Below the pieces are notes generated by a model. That model ran no database searches, had not been told where the DNA came from, and saw nothing but the letters and a program-made list of their open reading frames with translations. A DNA stretch of 64,000 nt from Patescibacteria group bacterium (GTDB lineage Bacteria > Patescibacteriota > Patescibacteriia > Buchananbacterales > SURF-54), in the NCBI GenBank assembly GCA_018818885.1, contig JAHIRB010000040.1, positions 32,985-96,984 of the forward strand. The letters run 5' to 3'. Made by a program: the position numbers and the translations under genes. Shown piece after piece: positions 9,947 through 17,953 of the stretch; position 1 is the first letter of the stretch, and the number at the start of each line of letters is the position of its first letter.

Positions 9947-10123
9947 TTATTCAAGATTTCTCTCATCGCTGAAAGCTTCACGAAGAAATCTCAGTGTTTC
10001 AGCAATTTTAGCCATTTTATCCATCATACTCTCTATACCAAGATGGCGCCGAATTTCTTCGTGAGTTTGTGCTGACTTATCACGTATGATTGTATTTATT
10101 ACATTTTCATCAACACTCATCAT
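9947..10123 (-). CDS. 58-aa small protein P1 (MMSVDENVINTIIRDKSAQTHEEIRRHLGIESMMDKMAKIAETLRFLREAFSDERNLE)
   Basis: ATG 20 bp downstream of Memo-like stop, preceded by GAAGGGAGGGG 4 nt upstream; not in ORF track. Confidence 0.45.
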   Translation of the reverse strand: MMSVDENVINTIIRDKSAQTHEEIRRHLGIESMMDKMAKIAETLRFLREAFSDERNLE

Positions 10124-10152
10124 TGACCCCTCCCTTCAATATTTTAACCTAG

Positions 10153-10947
10153 TTAAAACTTAATATTTGCCACTAGGTAACCTACCCCAAACGGTCCCTC
10201 GTAAGACATTATTTCTACTTGATAATCAATATCTTTTAGTATGCCCATCAAAATAATAAATGACCTAAGGCCACATTCACCAGCTTGATTGATTAAGCCC
10301 TCATCTAAATTAATTAACCCTTTAACATCTCTATTTTCAATGAGATCAATTAATTTTCGATCAAATATTTTACCTTGTTTAGTGTAACCACCCGGAGCAT
10401 CTTTTGTCAAGCAATGAGAAAGATCTCCAGAAGCAATAACTGCTACACGTTTGTCATACCTACATATTTGATTATGTAGGTATAAACCAAACTTGTAATG
10501 ATCTTCTAAGCTAAGCATGGAAAATCCTACTGGAACTATTGGTACATCCTCTAAATGTTGTGTGAGATAGAATAATGGGACAGAAACTCCATGATCAACT
10601 CTTTCATCAGTAATTAAAGCCAAAGGAACAGATTTGTGATTTTCGTCGTGTGCTCGTATGCTCTGTATTAAAGAAAAGTCAGAATCAAATTTTAAACTAG
10701 TAGAAAAATCACCAAATTGCTCAAAGTCACACACAAATTTTGGTGCGATATTTATTGAAAACGCATCTTCTAAAATATTACCGTGCGGAGAAATAACTAC
10801 AATAGAATCTGGCCTTCTAACATAAAGTTCTTTTTCTAATTCCTCCATTGCAATTTTTGTTTTTTGGACAAGATCAAGATGCTTCTTACCAATGGTAGGA
10901 ATTAGTATTGGAGGATGAGGGGTTATACACGCGAATTCAAGTGACAT
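10153..10947 (-). CDS. LigB/Memo-superfamily (class III extradiol dioxygenase-like) protein; candidate AmmeMemoRadiSam system protein B
   Basis: N-terminal ITPHPP...SPHG, central DHG, C-terminal ASGDLSH and ECG motifs characteristic of the LigB/Memo fold; 2.4 kb from AmmeMemoRadiSam-type radical SAM. Confidence 0.55.
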   Translation of the reverse strand: MSLEFACITPHPPILIPTIGKKHLDLVQKTKIAMEELEKELYVRRPDSIVVISPHGNILEDAFSINIAPKFVCDFEQFGDFSTSLKFDSDFSLIQSIRAHDENHKSVPLALITDERVDHGVSVPLFYLTQHLEDVPIVPVGFSMLSLEDHYKFGLYLHNQICRYDKRVAVIASGDLSHCLTKDAPGGYTKQGKIFDRKLIDLIENRDVKGLINLDEGLINQAGECGLRSFIILMGILKDIDYQVEIMSYEGPFGVGYLVANIKF

Positions 10948-10950
10948 AGT

Positions 10951-11040
10951 TAACTAATTACGTATTTATGCGAATATACATATTACTAATAATTTTTTAT
11001 TCGTATATTTGTATAGATTAGTAATTTGTAATTAATTATA
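10951..11040. promoter_or_regulatory. AT-rich ~85-bp upstream element E1 (aattacgtat..cgaatatacat..attcgtatatt..aatttgtaattaa), homologous to element upstream of eno
   Basis: about 70% identical over ~85 bp to 58730-58812; contains inverted tacgaatatac/gtatattcgta-like arms. Confidence 0.45.
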
Positions 11041-11065
11041 TATTATAATACTGATCTTGTTAATA

Positions 11066-11094
11066 TTGACAAAAATGAAAAAATTTGATAAATT
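11066..11094 (+). promoter_or_regulatory. sigma70-type promoter TTGACA-17-TAAATT driving P4/P5
   Basis: canonical -35 and 17-nt spacer; same tattgaca..N17..tttgataaattatg string recurs at 29822-29853. Confidence 0.45.
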
Positions 11095-11138
11095 ATGATA
11101 AACTATTCGGATTATTGAGCAATTAAGGAGGGATTAAG

Positions 11139-11339
11139 ATGGGACAACGCCTAGAGCTCATGACGTCAGAAACAATATTGGATTGTGGTCATGGTACTCC
11201 ACAAATGTGTCCGGCACTAGTTGTGCTCAGTAATGGTGGAAAATGTAACCCGCCGCAAGCCGAAATGGTTTCTAGCCACACAGCTACAACAATTCCAAGC
11301 ACTTGTCCAAATAATCTTGATGAGAAGAAACTACAATAG
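11139..11339 (+). CDS. 66-aa Cys-rich peptide P4 (MGQRLELMTSETILDCGHGTPQMCPALVVLSNGGKCNPPQ...STCPNN); candidate modified-peptide precursor
   Basis: AAGGAGGG SD 6 nt before ATG; 5 Cys; GC-richer island. Confidence 0.45.
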   Translation: MGQRLELMTSETILDCGHGTPQMCPALVVLSNGGKCNPPQAEMVSSHTATTIPSTCPNNLDEKKLQ

Positions 11340-11353
11340 GGAGGGTAGCAAAA

Positions 11354-11779
11354 ATGTGCAAGATTCTTCATATCGAAGACGCTCCATTCACAAAAGATGA
11401 ACCATTTGCGGCATTCGTGGAAACAAACGCAGGGTGGATACGCGTAGAGAGAAGAAGCCATTATCAGACTTCACTGATCAAGGCGCTCTATGACTACTTT
11501 CTTCATCACGACTACCCTTTACCCATCATGTTCCTAAAAAACAACCTTCCGGGGATCCATATGACTTTGGCAGATCTCTTCGACGAGAACCCCAAAGAAA
11601 CCATTGAAATCATGGAAAAAATTTGCGACGACATGGCGACTAGAAAAAACACAACCGAGGATGTTGAGTATCTCGAAATTCTCGCTGAATCACTCGATTC
11701 CGAAAACGATTCCGAAAGATACTCTGTTCTATGCGCCAGGCTAAAAATCACTCATAGATTAATCATGGCCAGCGTTTAG
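11354..11779 (+). CDS. 141-aa hypothetical protein P5
   Basis: GGGAGGG SD before ATG; co-transcribed with P4; no recognisable domain (not AMMECR1-like). Confidence 0.45.
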   Translation: MCKILHIEDAPFTKDEPFAAFVETNAGWIRVERRSHYQTSLIKALYDYFLHHDYPLPIMFLKNNLPGIHMTLADLFDENPKETIEIMEKICDDMATRKNTTEDVEYLEILAESLDSENDSERYSVLCARLKITHRLIMASV

Positions 11780-11809
11780 CGATTCCATGAACGCACCAGA
11801 ACATCAAAA

Positions 11810-11848
11810 GCAGGCTCCTGCTAAATATGGAGCCTGCATTTTCTTTTT
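11810..11848. terminator. bidirectional intrinsic terminator
   Basis: stem gcaggctcc/ggagcctgc with 10-nt loop followed by attttcttttt; overlaps stop of convergent minus gene. Confidence 0.55.
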
Positions 11849-13202
11849 ACTCGATCACTTCGCCTAAAGGATGAATACCTACTGCATTAGGAGATGTAAT
11901 AATAATATTTCGCCAACTGTATCCTAAGCTTTCAAAAACATCACCAGAAATAATTGGTCGGCGCTTGCCCTCAGAGATTACATATACTGCTGGTTCATTC
12001 ATTGATTTAATTAACTCACCATCAGTAAATTTAACAGGGCTGCTGGTTAAGTAATTTTCTAATTCATCCGGGCTTACAGATGTTAATTCTTTGTTGCGAT
12101 ATTTTGCTAACCAAATTTCTTTTGAATAAATTGGATGTTTTAAGCCGTCTGCAACATAAAATATTCCGCCAGTTTTGTTGTCTTGCAGTAATGCTCCTGT
12201 TGGATAAACACTAGACATTGTAATAGGATCTCCTTTTTCTAAACTTTTTAGATCAGATTCTAAAACATTTTCTACTTCGTCCCAGTTATAGCCGATTGTT
12301 CTAAATACTTCCATAGAAGAGATGTGGCGTAGAGTATCATCAACTAATAAATAGACTGTTCCTGTTGGAATGCGGAGTAGGGAATAGTTAGCAAATTCAA
12401 TATCAGGACCTTTTGGATATATTTCTATGTCAGAACTAGCAACTGTAATAATCTTATTTACATCAAATCTTGAAAGCAAAACTGAGTAAGAGTCTATTCG
12501 TTTTCTTATACCATGGTGAATATACCAGACATCAGAATCACCAACCACTTGGAGCAAAGATCCGTCAGGATAAGTATAATCCCAGTAATCTTGCCAAATA
12601 CGCCAAAAGTTTTTATTGCCAGAAATGTGAGGTGTGTAATTGTACAAATTAGCAGTTGCTTGGTTAATTGGAGTAACGATATAAAAATCAACTTCTGAAG
12701 TTTTGCCTACTTGATAATTATATTCTGATGATTTTCTGATATATTTACGCATTATGGTAGCTAAAAAATGAACCTGAGTACCAAAACCCTTAAAGAAAGC
12801 AAGGTCAGGATCAGAAGAATTACAACTATCACACAAAGCGTAGCCAGTTGCCCAATCATAATTACGTTGTGTTGGATTTTTTCCTTCTATTAAACTTTGT
12901 TCTTTCTGCAGCATGGTAATTATGAATTTTGGACTAATTTGATTTTCACGCGATGCATCATAAATAATTTGAGCTACTGACTTTGTATGTCCTAAAAAGT
13001 TTGGAAAAGACATGTTAGCTAAAGTACTTTGTTTTGCTTCCAAAAAATTTTGAATGTCTACTAAAGATAGTGATTCATAATCAGTGAGTTCTTGGTCGGA
13101 AATTATGTAGTTTTGATCAAATATACTCGAAGCATTAATGAAACTAGGAAGGCTGATTCCTAGTATAGAGATGATAATAGTTGTTGAGATAATTTTTTTC
13201 AT
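11847..13202 (-). CDS. secreted hypothetical protein (~451 aa) with N-terminal signal peptide
   Basis: MKKIISTTIIISILGISLPSFINASS signal-like N-terminus; sits between Memo-like operon and radical SAM gene. Confidence 0.55.
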   Translation of the reverse strand: MKKIISTTIIISILGISLPSFINASSIFDQNYIISDQELTDYESLSLVDIQNFLEAKQSTLANMSFPNFLGHTKSVAQIIYDASRENQISPKFIITMLQKEQSLIEGKNPTQRNYDWATGYALCDSCNSSDPDLAFFKGFGTQVHFLATIMRKYIRKSSEYNYQVGKTSEVDFYIVTPINQATANLYNYTPHISGNKNFWRIWQDYWDYTYPDGSLLQVVGDSDVWYIHHGIRKRIDSYSVLLSRFDVNKIITVASSDIEIYPKGPDIEFANYSLLRIPTGTVYLLVDDTLRHISSMEVFRTIGYNWDEVENVLESDLKSLEKGDPITMSSVYPTGALLQDNKTGGIFYVADGLKHPIYSKEIWLAKYRNKELTSVSPDELENYLTSSPVKFTDGELIKSMNEPAVYVISEGKRRPIISGDVFESLGYSWRNIIITSPNAVGIHPLGEVIE

Positions 13203-13215
13203 GGTTGTCTTACTC

Positions 13216-13313
13216 GTCATTGCGAACGAAGTGAAGTCATGCCAGAGGCAGATCCGCCCCTGGCGGACAATCTCCTAGGGGATTGCTTCGTCTCTTCGAT
13301 CCTCGCAATGACA
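13216..13313. repeat. GC-rich palindromic intergenic element (REP-like), copy A
   Basis: outer 10-bp inverted repeat gtcattgcga/tcgcaatgac flanking hairpin gccagaggcagatccgcccctggc; core atctgcctctggcatga also at 32784-32850. Confidence 0.5.
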
Positions 13314-14339
13314 TTATATTAATACCCCGTCGATTATTGTTTTGCACTTTGAGCACTTCCCATTATCATCTAATCTATTAGTTTGATAAGCAAGTCGTTC
13401 AATAATTTTCTCGTTACATTTTGGACAATAAGTGATACTTGTTTCATTATCCATAATATTACCACTATACACATATTTTAGGCCAGCAGTTTTACCGATC
13501 TCTACTGCTTTCAAGATAGCTCTTTGAGATGTTTGTGGTGTATTGATCATTTTATAAGCAGAAGAAAAAGCAGTAACATGCCATGGAGTTTCAGAACCCA
13601 AATCGTTGTTAATAAAGTTGGCAATATTAGTTAGTTCTTCAATTGAATCATTCTGCTTTGGTATAATCAATGTAGTAACCTCAACCCACACACCTAGTTT
13701 TTTTAGCAGTCTTAAATTATTAAGAACAGGTAGTAGTTTTGCACCACAAATTTGCTGATAGGTAGTTTCTTTAAAAAATTTTAAATCTACATTCACAGCA
13801 TCCAAAAACTCAGCTACTTTTGTCAGCGCATCTGTAGAAGTATAACCATTGGTAACCCAAGTATTTTTTAAACCTTCTTTTTTTGCTAACTTCATGCAAT
13901 CTAAAGCAAACTCATAAAATACCGTTGGTTCAGTATAGGTATATGAAATTGATTGGCAGTTTGAATTTTTAGCTTCCTCAACAATCTGTTGTGGGGTAAC
14001 ATTTTCTCCGGGTAACTCATATTTATCGTAAAAAAAACCTTCTTTTGAACTCTGAGATATATCTGCATTCTGGCAATGCATGCACTTTAAATTACAACCA
14101 ACTGTGGCAATTGAGTATGATTGGCTTCCTGACAAGAAGTGATAAAATGGTTTTTTTTCGATAGGATCAACGTGTTGAGCAATAACCTTTCCATAAACCA
14201 AGGAGTATAGTATACCTTTTCTGTTTTCTCGTACACCGCAAAGTCCACGATGATTATCTGCTATCACGCATCCTTGGTTGCACAAAGTGCATTTGACTTT
14301 GTTATCATTAATTTTTTGAAAAAAATCTGCTTTTTTCAT
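13314..14339 (-). CDS. radical SAM enzyme, PFL-activase-like; best resembles AmmeMemoRadiSam system radical SAM enzyme
   Basis: VGCNLKCMHCQN CX3CX2C motif, HVDPIEKKPFYHF, N-terminal KVKCTLCNQGCVIADNHRGLCGVREN and C-terminal CPKCN..CSKCK Cys pairs; ATG start at 14339 preferred, TTG at 14399 overlapping upstream sORF stop is an alternative. Confidence 0.7.
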   Translation of the reverse strand: MKKADFFQKINDNKVKCTLCNQGCVIADNHRGLCGVRENRKGILYSLVYGKVIAQHVDPIEKKPFYHFLSGSQSYSIATVGCNLKCMHCQNADISQSSKEGFFYDKYELPGENVTPQQIVEEAKNSNCQSISYTYTEPTVFYEFALDCMKLAKKEGLKNTWVTNGYTSTDALTKVAEFLDAVNVDLKFFKETTYQQICGAKLLPVLNNLRLLKKLGVWVEVTTLIIPKQNDSIEELTNIANFINNDLGSETPWHVTAFSSAYKMINTPQTSQRAILKAVEIGKTAGLKYVYSGNIMDNETSITYCPKCNEKIIERLAYQTNRLDDNGKCSKCKTIIDGVLI

Positions 14340-14395
14340 ATAACTTAATTTTAGCAAAAAAAGAAGAGCCCACCAAGGTAGGCTCAATGGTTCGC

Positions 14396-14557
14396 TCAAA
14401 CACTTAACATTTTGTGTAATCTGCTCAGGTCACGCCAGTTACAATATTCCTGCATTCCATCTAAAAAAGCTGAAAAATTGGTTCGATCTTCTTCTGACAT
14501 ATCAAAAAAACTGAATCCGCTATCACCCGTGTGACCGTTTCTTTCTATCATGCTCAT
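14396..14557 (-). CDS. 53-aa small protein (MSMIERNGHTGDSGFSFFDMSEEDRTNFSAFLDGMQEYCNWRDLSRLHKMLSV) immediately upstream of radical SAM gene
   Basis: GAAAGGAGGGG SD 5 nt before ATG; stop TGA overlaps in-frame TTG of radical SAM ORF (gttTGAgcg); own promoter; not in ORF track. Confidence 0.45.
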   Translation of the reverse strand: MSMIERNGHTGDSGFSFFDMSEEDRTNFSAFLDGMQEYCNWRDLSRLHKMLSV

Positions 14558-14581
14558 ATGCTACCCCTCCTTTCACTATTG

Positions 14582-14610
14582 ATTTTATAACAAAAAATTG
14601 ATAAAATCAA
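14582..14610 (-). promoter_or_regulatory. promoter TTGATT-17-TAAAAT for sORF/radical SAM operon
   Basis: read on minus strand: cTTGATTttatcaattttttgttaTAAAATcaatagtgaaaggagg. Confidence 0.45.
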
Positions 14611-14614
14611 GTAT

Positions 14615-15167
14615 ATGCATGAGGAAAAAAAACGTATTTTTATTGCGATAAATCTACCACATCATACAAAACAAGAATTAATTCAATACATATCAAAAAT
14701 AAAAAAAATAAATTCATCACACAACTTCAAATATGTAAAACCAGAAGGTCAGCATCTCACGTTGCACTTTCTAGGATATCTGACTAATGATCAAATCGAA
14801 AAGGTCAAATTGATTTTATCAAAAGTGACACAAAACAAAATTTTCATTAACTACTAATGAGCTAGGGGGATTTCCAAACTTAGAAAAAAGCCACGTGGTT
14901 TTTATAGATTTTATTGGTGATATAAAAAAAGCACTTGATATACAAGGTGATCTAGGCCAAAAATTAGAAAAAGCAAATTTCGAAATTGATAAACGTAAAT
15001 GGAACGCCCATCTGACATTATGCAGAATAAAAAATGATGATCAGTTTCAAGTACCAGACTTCGCGGCACCCAAGATTGACTTTACAGTAGATTCAATTGA
15101 TCTTATGAAAAGCAAACTCACCCTCAGCGGAGCAGAGTATACAGTATTAGAAAGTTATAAAATATGA
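14615..15167 (+). pseudogene. thpR: RNA 2',3'-cyclic phosphodiesterase (ThpR/LigT, 2H family) interrupted by a -1 frameshift
   Basis: two HxTx motifs (HLTLHFLG, HLTLCRIK) split between ORFs 14615..14857 and 14895..15167; second half continues in +1 frame from aaaattttca (T-run) as KFSLTTNELGGFPNLEKSHVVFIDF. Confidence 0.6.
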
Positions 15168-15874
15168 TAAAAATCCTTGGAGTAAAAATTGATAACACAA
15201 CAAAATATCAAGCAATGCAAAAAATTGCATCTTTTTTAAAATCAGAAAAACAACATTACATTGTAACTCCAAATCCGGAATTTTTAGTAGCTGCGAATAA
15301 GGATAAAGAATTTAAAAAAGTTTTGAACAAGGCGGATCTTTCTTTGCCAGATGGTGTTGGGCTTGTATTCGCATCATTATTCAAAATTAAAGAACGTATT
15401 ACAGGTACAGATCTCATAGAGGATATTTGTAAGCATGCTGAAAAACATTGTTATACGATTTATCTATTAGGCGGAGAAAAAGATATAGCACATTTATCTT
15501 CCTGTAAACTACAAAAAAAATGCAAGAGATTGAAGATAGCTGGGTATCAAGACGGCATGACATCTGAAAGCACTAATCTTGATCATATCAATGTTGCACA
15601 ACCAGATATATTGTTTGTAGCGTTTGGACACATTAAACAGGAAAAATGGATTAAAGAAAATTTACATTCCCTTCCATCTGTAAAAATAGCAATTGGTATA
15701 GGCGGTGCATTTGATTATATTTCTGGTCGTGTTAATAGAGCCCCGGTTATAATGAGAGGATTGGGGTTGGAGTGGATGTATAGATTAGCTAAGCAACCCA
15801 AAAGAGCTAAAAGGATATATGACGCAGTAATTAAATTTCCAATTTTAGTAATTATTGATAAGATTAAACAATAA
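15164..15874 (+). CDS. WecB/TagA/CpsF-family glycosyltransferase
   Basis: YIVTPNPEF and LPDGVGLVF motifs of the family. Confidence 0.8.
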   Translation: MIKILGVKIDNTTKYQAMQKIASFLKSEKQHYIVTPNPEFLVAANKDKEFKKVLNKADLSLPDGVGLVFASLFKIKERITGTDLIEDICKHAEKHCYTIYLLGGEKDIAHLSSCKLQKKCKRLKIAGYQDGMTSESTNLDHINVAQPDILFVAFGHIKQEKWIKENLHSLPSVKIAIGIGGAFDYISGRVNRAPVIMRGLGLEWMYRLAKQPKRAKRIYDAVIKFPILVIIDKIKQ

Positions 15875-15884
15875 CAACATAATT

Positions 15885-16391
15885 ATGAAAAGAATAATTA
15901 TTCTAATATTCGCACTATCATTAGTCGTAGCTGGCATTATCTATTGGATGTATCAATCAGATGATAGGACTAAGGTATGGAATGTATATCAAAATGTAGA
16001 ATATGGGTTCGAGATGAAGTATCCTAATGAAGTTTCAATTTCGTACATAAAAAGAGAGAATAAAATAATTTTTTCACACGAAAACGATGCAGGTATCCCA
16101 CTTTTTCGTATTGCGATTTTAAGTAGCGGTAATAATAATACAATTCCAAAAACAAGTAGTGATATTCAAAAGTTCAAAATTTCTAATATAGAATGTACAA
16201 AACACACTGAAGACTTTACCGATAAAACTGCTGTTTTTGAAAGAATTACTTATATCCTTTGTGATAGAGAAAGCGATAAGTTTAGTGTTTATTATTATAA
16301 GCCAGTTTATCAAGGGGGTAAACCAGTTGACCAAAAAGAATTAGATATCATATTTGAAAAAATGATATCAACCATAAAGTTTACTAAATAA
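15885..16391 (+). CDS. membrane-anchored hypothetical protein
   Basis: N-terminal TM helix MKRIIILIFALSLVVAGIIYW; no domain recognised. Confidence 0.45.
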   Translation: MKRIIILIFALSLVVAGIIYWMYQSDDRTKVWNVYQNVEYGFEMKYPNEVSISYIKRENKIIFSHENDAGIPLFRIAILSSGNNNTIPKTSSDIQKFKISNIECTKHTEDFTDKTAVFERITYILCDRESDKFSVYYYKPVYQGGKPVDQKELDIIFEKMISTIKFTK

Positions 16392-16397
16392 TATTTT

Positions 16398-17819
16398 ATG
16401 TCAAAAGTAATAACTCGCTTTCCACCAAGCCCAACAGGTTTTTTGCATGTTGGAAGCCTTAGAACAGCTTTATATAACTTCCTTTTTGCTAAAGCAAACA
16501 ATGGTAAGTTTTTATTGAGGATAGAAGATACAGATCAAAAGAGATTGGTTAAGGGTTCAGATAAAGATATTATGGATAGATTAAAATTATTTGGTTTATA
16601 TTATGATAATAAACCGTTCTATCAATCAAAGAGGTTGGATATTTATCAAAAAATAGCACATAAGCTAGTAGAAGAGGGGAAAGCATACTATTGTTTTTGT
16701 AAACCAGAACGACTTGAGAATCTACACCAGCAACAAAAAAATATGAAAAAGCCTACAATGTACGACGCCTTATGCTCAAAACTTAATAATCAACAAATAA
16801 AAGAAAAAATAGATGTTGGGAGAGCTCATGTCGTCAGATTAAGGATACCAAAAAACGAAACAATAGAATTTAATGATCTAATCCGCGGAAAAGTAAAGTT
16901 TGAAACCAATCTAATTGATGATCAAATCATACTAAAATCAGACGGATTTCCAACTTATCACTTAGCTTCTGTGGTTGATGATAACGAAATGGGTATTACA
17001 CACGTAATGCGCGGTGAAGAATGGCTTTCTTCTACTCCTAAACACATCATTTTATACAAGTTTTTAGGCTATAAACAACCTGAATTCGCTCATTTACCAT
17101 TACTTTTAAACCCAGACAGATCAAAACTCTCAAAACGAGTAGGGGATGTTTCTGTAAAAGACTACCTAGAAAAAGGATATCTTCCAGAAGCTTTACTTAA
17201 TTTTATTTTACTTTTAGGTTGGAACCCAGGTGATGAAAAAGAAATTTTTTCTCTTGACGAAATGATTAAGGAATTTGATGTCAAAAAAATCCATAAAGCT
17301 GGTGCTGTTTTTAATGTTGAAAAACTAGATTGGATTAATGGACATTACATTAGAAATACTAAACTTGGAGATTTGACAAAACTTGCAAAACCATACTACG
17401 AAAAAGCCAACATAAAAGCAGATGATAAATTCTTAGAAAAAGTAATCGCCACAGAACAAGAAAGGGTAAAAAGATTAGAAGAACTGCCCGAGTTGACTAG
17501 ATTCTTTTTTGAAGATATCAAATACGACAAAAAAATGCTAGTCTGGAAAAAGTCAACTGCTGACCAAACAAAAAAGAACTTGCGATCACTCCATGACTTT
17601 TTAGATAAATTACCAGAAAACAAATTCACTGCAGATACTTTAGAAAAGGAAATAATTGACTTTATCAAAAAGAATGATCTTGGGACAGGTGACGTCCTCT
17701 GGCCAATGCGTGTAGCCTTAACAGGCAAAGAAAAATCACCAGGACCCTTTGAGGTTGCTGGAGTTTTGGGGAAAGAGAAAGTTTTGGAGAGGATTAAAAA
17801 TGCGATTAAACTCTTCTAA
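16398..17819 (+). CDS. gltX: glutamate--tRNA ligase
   Basis: HVGS (HIGH) and KLSKR (KMSKS) class I motifs; 473 aa. Confidence 0.9.
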   Translation: MSKVITRFPPSPTGFLHVGSLRTALYNFLFAKANNGKFLLRIEDTDQKRLVKGSDKDIMDRLKLFGLYYDNKPFYQSKRLDIYQKIAHKLVEEGKAYYCFCKPERLENLHQQQKNMKKPTMYDALCSKLNNQQIKEKIDVGRAHVVRLRIPKNETIEFNDLIRGKVKFETNLIDDQIILKSDGFPTYHLASVVDDNEMGITHVMRGEEWLSSTPKHIILYKFLGYKQPEFAHLPLLLNPDRSKLSKRVGDVSVKDYLEKGYLPEALLNFILLLGWNPGDEKEIFSLDEMIKEFDVKKIHKAGAVFNVEKLDWINGHYIRNTKLGDLTKLAKPYYEKANIKADDKFLEKVIATEQERVKRLEELPELTRFFFEDIKYDKKMLVWKKSTADQTKKNLRSLHDFLDKLPENKFTADTLEKEIIDFIKKNDLGTGDVLWPMRVALTGKEKSPGPFEVAGVLGKEKVLERIKNAIKLF

Positions 17820-17916
17820 TCTTGTCATCCCGAGCTTGCCGAGGGATCCCACACCATACAATTGTCACAGTATGAGATCTCTCCACTCCTTACAGTCGGT
17901 CGAGATGACAAATAGA

Positions 17917-17950
17917 TTATGAAAAATTCCTACACAAAACCTAACCAAAA
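17917..17950 (+). promoter_or_regulatory. conserved upstream motif copy 1 (tgaaaaattcctacacaaaacctaaccaaaaaat)
   Basis: near-identical ~34-48 nt motif also at 18529 and 19210, each directly 5' of a gene. Confidence 0.5.
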
Positions 17951-17953
17951 AAT

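Noticed and set aside
11189-11461. 90-aa minus-strand ORF antisense to P4/P5
   Set aside because: Runs against two ORFs that have a canonical promoter and strong SDs; no own signals
11354-11779. P5 as the missing AMMECR1 partner
   Set aside because: 141 aa with no AMMECR1-like conserved Cys/Gly core; sequence does not resemble the family
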